Of a DNA stretch of 64,000 bases, positions 1-12,600 are shown piece after piece. Origin of the DNA: Macrostomum hystrix. Taxonomy: Eukaryota; Animalia; Platyhelminthes. The notes beneath the pieces are model-generated. The model made no database searches. It was given only the letters and a program-made list of their open reading frames with translations, and was not told where the DNA came from. Position 1 is the first letter of the stretch, and the number at the start of each line of letters is the position of its first letter. The translations under genes and the position numbers were made by a program. Location of the stretch: positions 248,001-312,000 of the forward strand of contig CATNEN010000028.1 of the NCBI GenBank assembly GCA_950097015.1, written 5' to 3'.

Positions 1-150
1 TATAAACTTATAGCATCACCAAATGAGTCCCACTCAAATACCAAGGAAAATTGAGGTGCATGTACTAAGCCTTAATAAAACCGTACATTTATAACTGAAC
101 CAATAAATCACATTGTACCTATCAGAGAGCTGGCTGACAATAGTTCTGCA

Positions 151-471
151 GTTAAAAAGCCGTCAGGAGCACCGTCAGCGGACTATCCGGAGTGTAACAG
201 CGACCATGGTAGCTGCATTAGTGAAATTAGTGTGCCTCCGGGAGATGAAGGTAAAGCTCGGGTGGCAAACGCTCTTGCTGCTGCTGCTGCTGCGGCGGCG
301 GCTGCGGCTACGGCTTATGCTACCTCAAATGCGTCTGCTACTGCTGCTGCTACATCTGAAGCGACCGCGACCACAGTTGAATCAGCATCGAATACAGTGG
401 AAAGTGAGACAGCTGGAGAGAAGACACCGGCCCCTGTCTGTCCCGAGAAACTGAAGCCTAAGCCAAAGTAA
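151..471 (+). CDS. Probable terminal exon of an upstream gene; Ala/Thr/Ser-rich low-complexity C-terminus
   Basis: Acceptor-like ttctgcag at ~150; open frame ...PSADYPECNSDHGSCISEISVPPGDEGKARVANALAAAA...KLKPKPK-stop. No family recognised. Confidence 0.45.
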   Translation, partial: VKKPSGAPSADYPECNSDHGSCISEISVPPGDEGKARVANALAAAAAAAAAAATAYATSNASATAAATSEATATTVESASNTVESETAGEKTPAPVCPEKLKPKPK

Positions 472-1690
472 GATTCCAGACGTTCTAAGCCTATACAAGA
501 TAAAAAATTAATTTTTAATATCAACACGACGTTTTGGAAGTTGGGCATATATTTCTGCTTAATAACTGATGGTATCAATAGAATAGTAATTACGAGCTAC
601 ACCTAGCATAATTGGCGCATAAGTTCTTCCAGGGGCCAGTAGGCTGTGTACAGCTATTAAGTCCGTGGACTAGGAAAGCGGCCATACAGGTCAAATTTCC
701 ACTCTTACAACTGAAGAGACGGGTAATTACGTGTCTTGTTTAATGACAGATAGTCCACCTTGGCACGAGATTCGAGCTCCCGATCTCTTGCTCAGAAGTA
801 ACCATGGGCAACAAGCTTCCCTTATGAACAATATAAATTAACAATTGACAGGAGTCTATCATCTTTTCTGAACCGCAAAAAGGACACATCGAAGGGTAGC
901 AGAGATGAGCTGAGCTCATTCAACTTTCCGCAGGACTTGCCGGACAGTGTGAAAGCTTTGTTTGGGGTGAGTAGCTTCAAAACTTCCACAGAACTATTCA
1001 AATTTTCTATTAACGGAAGCCATAGCCCCGATCCGATTGACTTACGGTGTGAACATTAAAAGCTTTAAGAGTTTTGGTTGAAAACAAATAACCTTGTATT
1101 GCAATTGAAATCTTGAACGAAACGCCTAACAATGTTAAAACTGATTGACTGCTATAAAGGCAGAGAAAGATCTCAGAGAATGATATGCTAGAAATGGTAC
1201 CGATTCATGTGCATACTTTTGCACACAACAATCACCGCTTTGCTGCCCTATTCGAGTGGACCACGCAGTTGCTAACTCTGCATGCAGTTTACACTTAGTG
1301 ATAACTGCAGCTATCCAAATAGAAAACAAGTTAGCTGAAGAAAAGTGGTTATGTATTTGTGTTATTCCATTTACCAGAAAATACGGAAACTGTTAGCGCT
1401 TATCGAATTTGTGATCATGCCACGATAGTCATGGTCAGAAAAATTTTCAGGTCCACTAAATTTAACGGCTTATATTGGTGTTTGTTCAGTAAAACACTTG
1501 GCAGTGTACTGGTTGCATAGCTTGAACGTGCAGATTACATTCTTTAACGTCGGCTTCTCTGATGAGCCCACTTTGATCGGTTGGTTATAAACAATCGCCA
1601 AGGATGATTTCATAGCAAAATTATTTGATTGCTTAACCAGTCAGCCACCCTAGACCCCGCGACCGGCAAATACATTATACTCCACTGCAG

Positions 1691-2528
1691 ATAACGTCGG
1701 ACACGCACCTCATCGCCACAGTCTACGCATCAAAAGCAAATGTCAAGAACCAAAAGAGACTGCTCATAGAGGGCTCCAAAAAACGGTTCACAGTTGACGG
1801 CAAGCAGCGCTCCGTATGGCTGGACCCATCGCCCGGAGAGCTCGTCGAGATTTGGAAGGAGTACATAGAGTACACTGGCAATGAAGGAACGTGCAACCGA
1901 GCTCTCGGAAGGCTGCCGGGTACAGAAAAGTGTGAGTTGGCGGAGTGGCTGCCTGGACTGACAACTGTCAGTGGGCAGTGGCTGCCTGGACTGGCAAGTG
2001 TGAGTTGGCAGTGGTTGCCTGGACTGGCAAGTGTGAGTTGGCAGTGGCTGCCTGGGCTGGCAAGTGTGAGTTGGCAGTGGCTGCCTGGACTGGCAAGTGT
2101 GAGTTGGCAGTGGCTGCCTGGGCTGGCAAGTGTGAGTTGGCAGTGGCTGCCTGGACTGGCAAGTGTGAGTTGGCAGTGGCTGCCTGGACTGGCAAGTGTG
2201 AGTTGGCAGTGGCTGCCTGGACTGGCAAGTGTGAGTTGGCAGTGGCTGCCTGGACTGGCAAGTGTGAGTTGGCAGTGGCTGCCTGGACTGGCAAGTGTGA
2301 GTTGGCAGTGGCTGCCTGGACTGGCAAGTGTGAGTTGGCGGATGAAAGCTCAAGGTCCCACTGCACTCAACCTGTTAAACTCTAGATGGCTACATCGTGC
2401 CAGACGAAGTGGACTACGAAAGAGAGTTTGACACGCCGGAAGAGAGACAGGAGTACAAGTACATGCTGGAGAAGCTGTCGATGTTCCAGGACGTCTATGG
2501 CAACGACGACGACGAGCAGTATGCTTAA
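1691..2528 (+). CDS. Orphan spliced gene, last two exons (1691-1931, 2386-2528); candidate upstream exon 852-966
   Basis: cactgcag acceptor, AAGT|GTGAGT donor and ctctag acceptor; phase-1 join gives ...LPGTEK-Y-GYIVPDEVDYEREFDTPEERQEYKYMLEKLSMFQDVYGNDDDEQYA*. Not reported as a single ORF in the track. Confidence 0.7.
1928..2340. repeat. Intronic minisatellite, 33-bp unit (aagtgtgagttggcagtggctgcctggactggc), ~12 copies
   Basis: Directly visible; 11-aa periodicity in the translated frames. Confidence 0.95.
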
Positions 2529-3261
2529 AAGGGGCGCTCTGAACCGACAGGTACATCAAGTTGCAGATTCCTAAAGAGAGCTGGATCAATTGATTTAAAA
2601 AGTTATTGTAATTATCACTACCTTGTCTAGCTAGCTCGTAGATACTAACTCAATCCATGTAAACAATCTTAACTTTACATGTCGTCTAAAAAAAGTAAAA
2701 ACAAATCAGAATTTATTATGTATATCAAATTGTCGTAGATACCGCAGCAAAAAATAAATAAACTGTTTGACGATCTGTTGTTTTCAATTAATAAGCAAAA
2801 CAATAGATCAGCCACGCCTTCTTTTTAATAATGGCCTGTACTAAAAGAATAATATTCGTTTACTATGGACAAAAAAGTTTTTGAAAAAATTAATCAGCAA
2901 ACATGCGAAATTCTGAAATTCAATGGAACAAAGAAAAAAACATTTTTTTAACACTACAATGACTATTACAACAAAGACAAAAAACAATGACATTACATCA
3001 AACAATATTTTACTTTATTCATCACCAAGCCTAAAGCCGAATATTTATGACTAATACAAAAAATCTAATTACTTTACTCTACAGTTAAAATTTTAACGAT
3101 GCCGTCAATATAAACGACAGAAAAATACTCGTTTTTAGACTGCTGTCCAGCTTATCATGTCCAATGCGACATTTCAGAGGCCGCCAGGTCTGAAATAAAC
3201 ATTTCATACTTTCAGTTATTAAGGAATAAGTAGCAGTAAAGGGAAAAGGAACTCAATAGGA

Positions 3262-4770
3262 AAAGGGTTGTGACTCACTGAAGCATTGGGGAAGTAGCTG
3301 GGACTCACTGAAGCATTGGGGAAGAAGCTGGGACTCACTGAAGCATTGGGGAAGTAGCTGGGACTCACTGAAGCATTGGGGAAGAAGCTGGGACTCACCG
3401 AAGCATTGGGGAAGAAGCTGGGACTCACTGAAGCATTGGGGAAGTAGCTGGGACTCACCGAAGCATTGGGGAAGTAGCTGGGACTCACTGAAGCATTGGG
3501 GAAGAAGCTGGGACTCACTGAAGCATTGGGGAAGTAGCTGGGACTCACTGAAGCATTGGGGAAGTAGCTGGGACTCACTGAAGCATTGGGGAAGAAGCTG
3601 GGACTCACTGAAGCATTGGGGAAGTAGCTGGGACTCACCGAAGCATTGGGGAAGAAGCTGGGACTCACTGAAGCATTGGGGAAGTAGCTGGGACTCACTG
3701 AAGCATTGGGGAAGAAGCTGGGACTCACCGAAGCATTGGGGAAGAAGCTGGGACTCACTGAAGCATTGGGGAAGTAGCTGGGACTCACCGAAGCATTGGG
3801 GAAGTAGCTGGGACTCACTGAAGCATTGGGGAAGAAGCTGGGACTCACTGAAGCATTGGGGAAGAAGCTGGGACTCACTGAAGCATTGGGGAAGTAGCTG
3901 GGACTCACTGAAGCATTGGGGAAGTGGCTGGGACTCACTGAAGCATTGGGGAAGTGGCTGGGACTCACTGAAGCATTGGGGAAGTAGCTGGGACTCACTG
4001 AAGCATTGGGGAAGTGGCTGGGACTCACTGAAGCATTGGGGAAGTAGCTGGGACTCACTGAAGCATTGGGGAAGTAGCTGGGACTCACTGAAGCATTGGG
4101 GAAGTGGCTGGGACTCACTGAAGCATTGGGGAAGGGTTTGACTCACTGAAGCATTGGGGAAGGGTTTGACTCACTGAAGCATTGGGGAAGTGGCTGGGAC
4201 TCACTGAAGCATTGGGGAAAGGATTGGGACTCACTGAAGCTTTGGGGAAGTGGTTGGGACGCACTGAAGTATTGGGGTAGTGGTTGGGACTCACTGAAGT
4301 ATTGGGGAAGGGGTTGTGACTCACTGAAGCTTTGGGGAAGGGGTTGGGACTCACTGAAGCATTGGGGAAGTAGCTGGGACTCACTGAAGCATTGGGGAAA
4401 GGATTGGGACTCACTGAAGCATTGGGGAAGTGGTCGGGACACAATGAACTAGTGGGGAAGGGGTTGGGACTCACTGAAGTATTGGGGAAGTGGTTGGGAC
4501 TCACTGAAGCATTGGGGTAGTGGTTGGGACTCACTGAAGTATTGGGGAAGTGGTTGGGACTCACTGAAGCATTGGGGTAGTGGTTGGGACTCACTGAAGT
4601 ATTGGGGAAGTGGTTGGGACTCACTGAAGTATTGGGGAAGTGGTTGGGACTCACTGAAGCATTGGGGTAGTGGTTGGGACTCACTGAAGTATTGGGGAAG
4701 TGGTTGGGACTCATTGAAGTATTGGGGAAGTGGTTGGGACTCACTGAAGCATTGGGGCAGGGATTGGGAA
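3262..4770. repeat. Minisatellite, 30-bp unit (gggactcactgaagcattggggaagtagct), ~50 copies, more degenerate from ~4140
   Basis: Directly visible; begins ~35 bp past the stop codon of ZAP-like gene A. Confidence 0.95.
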
Positions 4771-4806
4771 TCAATAAAAAAGTAATGAAGAACTCACAAA
4801 ATGAAT

Positions 4807-7800
4807 TTATACTGACCTATAAGCCGGTTCTTCTGGGTTGCTCATCGACAAGGAAGCGCCATATGTTGGGATCGACGGGTACATCAGCGGGGGATGAGCT
4901 TGTACTCGAACACCAGAATAAAACGAAGTAGGCATAGAAGACGGTGGCAGAAACGAAGCCGGTTGCATCGGTGGCGTGGGCCTGCGTCGAAGCGGTAGCT
5001 TCTGATCGACGCCTCCCGGACCTCGGACAGTGACCAAAAGCTGGCTGACGTCGCAGTTGAAGTCACCGACGCTGATGCTGGAGACGCCGCGGCAGAGAGC
5101 AGCCTCGAGTTGGTCGTTGAGGCCAGGCTCGTGCAGGTTGTCCACGGGGATCCAGGCGCCGCCGCTGAGGAAGAACCAGCGCCAGTTCGTGGCCAGAGGC
5201 TGGCGGAGCACCACGCGGCTGTCAGTGCGAAGGCAGCGTAGGCTGCCAGAGGCGCCAGAGGTGGTTCGAATCTCCATGGGGCCGGGGCCGAAGAACATTG
5301 TCAGCTGGCCGGGAAACTCGGCAACGAACTCCGAGTCGCTGCCGCTCGCAGTGGTGACAAATTCGGACCGGTCAGGCTGGCAGAAGGCCTCCTCAAGCTG
5401 GATATTCAGCACTGGATCCGCGTCCTTCCATTTGTTGGACGGCCATCGGGCGGCCCGCCACTGCCACAGGTAGGGCAGCTTGTGGCGGCTGTGCCGTCTG
5501 GGGCAGCTCTGCTCGTAGCATTCGTGCCGAAGGAATTCCTCGCATAGGGTCTCCGAGGGAGCGGAGGCGGCTGCAGGTGGCGGCTTTGATAGGGCAGCGG
5601 CGGCTGCAGGTGGCCGCTTTGATGGGGCAGCGGCGGCTGCAGGTGGCGGCTTTGATGGGGCGGCAGCGGCTGCGGTTGGCAGCGGAAACAAGACCGCAGG
5701 GGCGACAATTGGCACTCGCGGTTTCGACGGGCCATCTGCCGCAGCAGTCCTTCGCTTTTGATGACCGGTCAGGCTGGCAATGTCGTCAGCGAGCATTGGC
5801 CCGGTAGGAGCCGACTGGTTCTGCTTCTGAGTTACCTTTTTCTGCTGTTTACGCGGCTTTGACTGCACCTGCATAGCTTGCGTCTCACTCTGAGCAGATC
5901 TGGACGGCGTATCAGGTCTAGAAGCAGAAATTTGCATTAGGCTCGTGACGCTCGCATTTGATAGCTTCTGTTTTGGTTCTTTATTCTTCTGTTGTTGCTT
6001 TTCAGCCTTCTTATCCTGGCTCAGCTTAGCTGCACTGGTGCCGGATGCTTGGGGAGGAGGCGACTTGGGTGCAGGGTTCGTATTCAAATTGGACAGCGGA
6101 GCAGGCAGCGAGGGCGGAGCTTTAGAACTGCCTTGCAGACTCGGGTGCCGATCCTTGACTGGGGCGGTGCAACACAGCGGAGCGGGCACTAAAAAAGCGC
6201 GGAGCACATGGCCAGGGTTCAGAGAGTCCATGTCGAATGGAAACAGTTTGTTCTTGTTGGATTCGTCAATGATCAGCGTGTGCTGCCTGTGGCAACTACA
6301 GCGGCCACAGTTCCTGTATGTGACATTGTTGCACAGGTGAATGTCTGGACATTCTGAGCGCTGGCAGCCAGAGTCTGAGTTGTAGTCTGAGCACACCTTG
6401 GGGTGACAGGCCCGCAGCAGGTCCAGAACCTCGCCCTGCCTCAGACCGTCTGCTATGCCCAGAGCGCTGCGAATGCGGTGGTTGCGGCCGGTGAGGTCGT
6501 GGCACAGCCGGCAGGAAGACTGGAGAAAGCGATTGAGAAGCGTTTGAGTCGACAGAAATGAGTTTCAAATGACATTACAACGGTGCTCGATATGGTACAC
6601 TTTTTATCGGGGTACACTTCCATTCATTCACGGGATGCTGCAGAATCTATCATTCACGGGATGCTGCAGGACACATTCATTCACGGGATGCTGCAGAATC
6701 TATCATTCACGGGATGCTGCAGGACACATTCATTCACGGGATGCTGCAGAATTTTTTCATTCACGGGATGCTGCAGAATCTATCATTCACGGGATGCTGC
6801 AGAATCTATCATTCACGGGATGCTGCAGGACACATTCATTCACAGGATGCTGCAGGACACATTCATTCACGGGATGCAGCAGGACACATTCATTCACAGG
6901 ATGCTGCAGGACACATTCATTCACAGGATGCAGCAGGACACATTCATTTACCCAACGCCATCAGCCACAGCCCTCACTCGCCTTATCGTGCACTTTTCCA
7001 TCAGGATCGGCCAGGAACCAGAGGCACAGGTGCAGCTGGCAGCAGTCGGCCTTCAGGCACGAGTTGGGGGCTCCGTTGTGCATCGGGCAGATGCGGAATC
7101 GGCGGAACACATTCACGCTGACGATGCGTCCGCTGTCCTCAGCCTTGTAGATGTCAATCATGCTCTGCACTGGCTTCAGCTGCTCGTCGATGCTGTCGCG
7201 CCAGTTTTCCAGCGGAAAGTCGGCCGGCAGCTGCAGGTCCGTCAGCAGCTCCGACGGAGTCGCCTGGCCGCAGCGGCGAATCAGCGCGGCGTAGACGGTG
7301 CGCAGCTTCAGGCCGCGGTCCGAGACGTCAGGCAGCGGCGGTGGCAGGCAGGCTTTTTTGAGTCCGCTGGCTCCGGCTGAAACTGTCGCTGCTTTGGCGG
7401 CTTTGGGACTGGGCTTAGCGGCCTCGTCAAGCTTTGGCGCCTTTGGTAAGGCAGCCGGCACCAGATAGGAGCGGAATACAAAGCTCAGCTTCTCCGCTTC
7501 CAGTCCATAGCGGGCCAGTTTTGGCACACTGTCCTGCTCAAGCCGATGCTGTCTGGGACATCGGCAAGCGGTGGTCTTCTTGTTGGCTTCCGTTGAGCTG
7601 CGCAGAGCATTATTGCACACGTGTATGTCGGGACAGTCAGGTCTGCTGCAGCCATTGTCGGCATTGTAGCTGACGCACACATTTGGATGACACTGGCGCA
7701 GCAGCTTCATGATCTCGGCCTGCTTGTAACCGATTGCAATGTCCAGAGAGTGCCGGATGCGATGATTGCGGCCAGAGAGATCATGGCACAGCTGGCAATT

Positions 7801-10708
7801 TGCCTGTGATGCCCGGGGTGTGTCAGGACAAAGCACAGGTTTGCTTAATAAGATCAGCTAGTCCCTGAACCTTTCATGTTCATCATGGCTGCAGCCAGTC
7901 CCTGATCCTTTCAGATTCTTCATGTGACCACAGCTATTTTCTGATCCTTTATGGCCACAGCTAGTCCCTGATCCTTTTAATTAAAATCGAAGGATTTCTT
8001 TCGAAATGTTCTAAAATTTTGCGCTATCCTTACTTTCTTGTGAACTTTTCCATCAGGATCGGCCAGGAACCAGAGGCACAGGTGCAGCTGGCAGCAGTCG
8101 GCCTTCTGGCACGAGTTTGGGGCTCCGTTGTGCATCGGGCAGATGCGGAATCGGCGGAACGCATTCACGCTGACGATGCGTCCGCTGTCCTCAGCCTTGT
8201 AGATGTCAATCATGCTCTGCACTGGCTTCAGCTGCTCGTCGATGCTGTCGTGCCAGTTTTCCAGCGGAAAGTCGGCCGGCAGCTGCAGGTCCGTCAGCAG
8301 CTCCGACGGAGTCGCCTGGCCGCAGCGGCGAATCAGCGCGGCATAGACAGTGCGCAGCTTCAGGCCGCGGTCCGAGACGTCAGGCAGCGGCGGCGGCAGG
8401 CGGTCTGGCTCCGGTGCGGTGGCAGCTAGAAGCTTGTCAGAGTCGCTCGGATCTACTGGTGCCAGCGGAACAGGCAACGGAGCCGGAATTGTGAGGCACT
8501 TCAAAATTGTCGCCAGGTTCACCCTGCATAGCGGAGTCAAGTGTGCGCGTTCAGAATGTTTTAAGAAGCTCTGAAGTCTCCGATGTTCTCAACATTTAAG
8601 TTACAATAGCACTATATCGTCTGACTAATATGTCAGAGGTTAGAATCTTAACCCAATGAAAATCTACTCTTTAGCAGCAGGAATTTTGTATATACTACTT
8701 GGTATGAGTAGTACATTTGCAAAAATCTTCCGAAATAACAGGCATATCACATAGCTTGAAGGTACCTGGTTAGGCCATACGTTTCCAGTTTGTCTGAGAC
8801 TTCAACAGCGTCAATTTTATGCTGAAACTGGCACTGGCAGGCACTAGCCGTGGCGGTGACACTGTTGCACACGTGCAGGCTCGGGCATACCACGGGTGAC
8901 AGTTCGCAGCCAAGCCCGGTGTTGTAGGCCAGGCAGACAGATGGATGGGCAGACTTCAGCAGCCGGACAAGTTTCTCCTCCGAAAAGGTTTGAATGCCAA
9001 GTTGGCAAAGAATCTGAAAGATTGCAACGGAATGAAAACTCGATCTGGCTTTCAGAAGTATTGAAATGGGCTTAGGACCCACAGAGGGGGTCGGTGGCAG
9101 AGCGGTTAACGCGTTTGCCTCTCGCACCACGGTCCCTAAGTTCGATTCCACAGCGAGGCCACTTTTATTTGGGGCTCAGCCGCGAAGAGAAGGCTTGGGG
9201 GCTTGTCGTGCAATTTACGCCCTTGAGGGCCAACCTCCAAGGCACACTGAAGTGTACACTGCCTGCCTCCTCGCTGGCTGCGGATCTAGTATCACTAAAT
9301 GATGTGCTATTGCCCGCAGCCCTCCTGTAATTGTTATTATAATTAATATTATTAGGACCCCACAGAACTCGGTATTAAAAACTTCACATATTAGGATGGA
9401 ATCACTAGTTTCAAGATAAAGATTATAGAAATCGAAGTAGAAACGCATTTGGACTTTAATCCGGTCGCTTGTCAGATTTCCATCCGATTTTTTTACCGAT
9501 TTCCGTACGAAATTCAGAAGCCCGGTTTTTGTCCGATTTCGACGTCGGGTGAAGCTGCGGACCAAACTCGGGCGAATCGTCCGCTTCTTTTCGACTTTCA
9601 TTCGATTTCATTCAAACTTCATTCAATTTCTCGTTCGCTTACTCGTCCGCTTCCGACCCGGGCCAAAAACGGACGGGAAATCGAATGTGAAAATTATTTT
9701 TTCGATCGGTCGTCTGGTTTCTAATCCGCCGTCTGTTTGTCCCCTCCGATTTCAAAAGAAAAGTAGTGCAGGTCGATAATTTGTGAATTGTATAAATGCC
9801 TTCGCTCTTGTTTGCCTTTGCTAGTGCCTCCAGTTTTGGCTGAAGCCACGGTTTTAAAAGCTATTTTGTACTCATTTTTAGATATTTTAATAGTTGAACC
9901 AAATCTAGCTGCGCAAGTTGCAGAATTTTGCCTTCCGATCAGTACTTTAACAGCTTGAAATCCTTAAGACTTCAGCATTTAAAGCCGTACAGTGTGTAGA
10001 CTGGTCCCGTATTTAATATGAGTAAGTAGTATTTATTAATAGGTAGTTATTATCAGAATATTACAGTAATACTCTGTGGTTATTATTAGTAGAAGTGACA
10101 CCAATAATACTTTTGGTAAGCTAGCCGAATTCAGCTTTGTGTGTTATTCAATCTTCAACCTTTAATCTACCCTCCAATTACAGGAAGGGGATTTTACAAA
10201 TCATACCATTTAGGGAATTTCCAGAGCTGTTGGGAAACTTTTAGAGGCCAGTTCCCGGGTGACTGACAAAGCACACAAAAAGCACTCTTGTGTCGCTGAC
10301 CTCCTTGTTGTGGGCGTCACTCAGGCCATGGGCCAGGCCGCAATGTCCCTTGTGAACCGACCCATTCGGGTCAGCCAGCCACCACAGGCAGACGTGCAGG
10401 CGTGGGCACTCGACATTCCGGCAGCTCTTCTTGACGCCATTGTAGAACTGGCAGATTCGAACTCGTGGATAGGCATTGAGACGGCCGCGGGACAGAATGA
10501 GCTGCTCAGCTGGCTGATCAGACAGCCACTGGTCCAGTGGGAAGCTGCTTTGCAGAGCAAAGTGGCTCAGAAAGTCGGCCACGGAGGCGCTGCCTTCAGA
10601 GGACAACAGAAATTTCAGCACATTGTCCAGGGTAAGCAGGGGCGCCTGTCGGATGTGCCGGAACACATTTTCAAAGTCCAGCGCGTCCTTGTATGGCTCT
10701 GGCTTCTC
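4807..10708 (-). CDS. ZAP/PARP12-family (ZC3HAV1-like) gene A: 3 tandem winged-helix-like + 4-zinc-finger modules, Pro/Ala linker, CCCH-WWE-WWE, no PARP domain; 5' end not found; >=1226 aa
   Basis: Exons 10708-10301, 9013-8766, 8523-8034, 7803-6982, 6519-4807 join in frame (phases 0,2,0,0). ZAP-type motifs: R.R.C..(Y/H)NG..C....C..LH.C, HP.VC..YN...GC....C..(L/I)H.C, and [28 protein letters not shown]...LEEAFCQP...W.WFF...W...RRRP. Confidence 0.88.
6620..6950. repeat. Intronic minisatellite of mixed 26/27-bp units (tcattcacgggatgctgcag-gacac/-aatc)
   Basis: Visible inside intron 6981-6520 of gene A; same family expanded at 24990-25855 in inverted orientation. Confidence 0.93.
9090..9290 (+). 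mobile_element. tRNA-derived SINE family 1; other copies ~21378-21640 (+), ~40400-40712 (-), partial ~53415-53560 (+)
   Basis: A-box-like GGTGGCAGAGCGG and B-box-like GTTCGATTCC head; body motifs gcttgggggcttgtcgtgca, gtgtacac and gcctcctcgctggctg recur, in whole or part, in the other copies. Confidence 0.75.
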
Positions 10709-11649
10709 CTGAAAAAAAACAGAAAACTATTAGCTTTTTTGTTTTTACAGGATATACTCATGTATACTCATAACACTCATACATTCATATGAAATTCAGT
10801 AAGACTTACATTGTTTTATTTTATGTCATACATGCATGGGCAATGGCCTATTTAATTATTTGCAATCAATCATTCTCAAATTTCTAATACATATAACTCT
10901 TTAATTATAGTCATTAGTTTGAAATTTAAATTTAGTACTATACTATATAAAACTATTTACACTTTAGTCATTCATTGATGTTTCCTTACTAAATAAACAT
11001 GACCTACTTTAAAAGTTATTTACAAGTAAAGATACTAGATAGCAATGTGAGACTAATGGTCAATTTAAGACATAATCCAATTTTTATTTATTTAATTTGA
11101 CTGAAAATCTGCCTTTCATATCATCTGTACCTAGTTTCAGGTACAAAAATATTGTTTTTATCTAACACAAAAATAAAACATGTATATCACAAGCAGTTTA
11201 TAAACAATGCAAGATTTATTTAGAAATGTGTCTAAAAAACTAAACAAGGTTGCACTCACTATAAGATATAGGATTACAAATAAATTGTGTACCAAACTGT
11301 GCTTTAAATTGAGTTTTAGATTAAATGTTGCTTAATTTTAAACATGCATACATGTCTTTATACCTAATAGAATATCAACCAATCCATGTAGCTTTTAATT
11401 CATACGCTACTTATTTTTATTTGTATATGGACAAAAATCAAGTTTTAGTTGTAGTAGAAGACTGGCTCAGGCAAGAAGTCAGTTTTGCCCACATTATTCT
11501 ATGTATATTAAGATAATTTTAAGTGTTTAAAAGTAGTAGTAGTTATATTCAGGAATGTTGAATTATTTTTAATTTCAATTGTATTAAATTAATTTTAATT
11601 AATAATTTAGTCAATTTCAGAATAACTTCCATTTGACAACTCAATCTCA

Positions 11650-12600
11650 AGTTGCCAACATGGCAGGACGTCCACCAGCTCTAACAACCATTGTACCACC
11701 TGGCGAACTTCGACAGCCTGTGGAATTGTGCAACTTGGACCCTACAATGTGTGAACTGGGTGCGATGAAGGCGAATCCAATGGAGACCATCAAGTGGCTG
11801 GCCAAGTATCGGCTTCTGGCAAATGAATGCCATTGTGACAGTTGTCCTGGTCATCCATCAATGCATCTTCAAATGTTGTGGGGGAGACCACTTTGTTGAT
11901 TACTGTGCATGGGCCTGTCCCCAATGCCAACTGCAGGCTTCAGTCTGCAAGGGTTCCTTCTTTGAGAGAAGCCATCTGACACCGACCCAGCTACTTGACC
12001 TGATCTACTGGTGGGCCACAGGTGCCAAGCAGGCCAAGGTGCAGCACCAATGCCACATTGCCGAGCATACCATTGTTCAAAATTTCATCAGGGACATCTG
12101 CAGTCAGTTCCTGCAGAACCACCCTGTGCAGCTTAGTGGCAATGGTGTTGACATCAAGGTGGATGAGAGCTACTTCTTCCACTGGAAGTATCATCAGGGA
12201 GCCTTTCGCCCTGGGCAGTGGGTGCTCGGGATGATCGAGCGTGGTTCCAACCGCTGCATGATGGTGGCTGTTCTGGACAGGTTGGCAACAACTCTTCTGC
12301 CAATCATTGCCCATCATGTGTTTCCTGGCAGTTGGATCATCACGGACCAGTGGCAAGCCTATAACCAACTGGCCAACCATGTGACTGTCAATCACCAGCT
12401 CAACTTCGTGGACCCCAACAATCCAATGGTCCATACCAACACCATTGAAGGCACATGGGCCCATGTCAAGGCCAGACTGTGGTCCATGCATTGAACATCA
12501 AAGTGCTATTCGAAACACACCTAGAAGAGTTTCTCTGGCACCTCCAGTGGAAGATCTTCAGTAATCTTCTATTCTGGGTGGCTCACTACTACCCGGTGTA
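11650..12600 (+). mobile_element. Merlin / IS1595 (ISXO2-like) DDE transposase pseudogene
   Basis: Cys-rich N-terminus (CHCDSC, WACPQC), KGSFFE, VDESYF, QWVLGMIER, IITDQWQAY, VNH..NFVDP, HTNTIEG.W; broken by a frameshift near 11880 and a stop at 12494. TIRs not identified. Confidence 0.88.

Noticed and set aside
9090-9170. tRNA genes at 9090, 16600-16678 and 40640-40712
   Set aside because: A/B boxes run into shared SINE bodies and no convincing cloverleaf is evident; treated as SINE heads.
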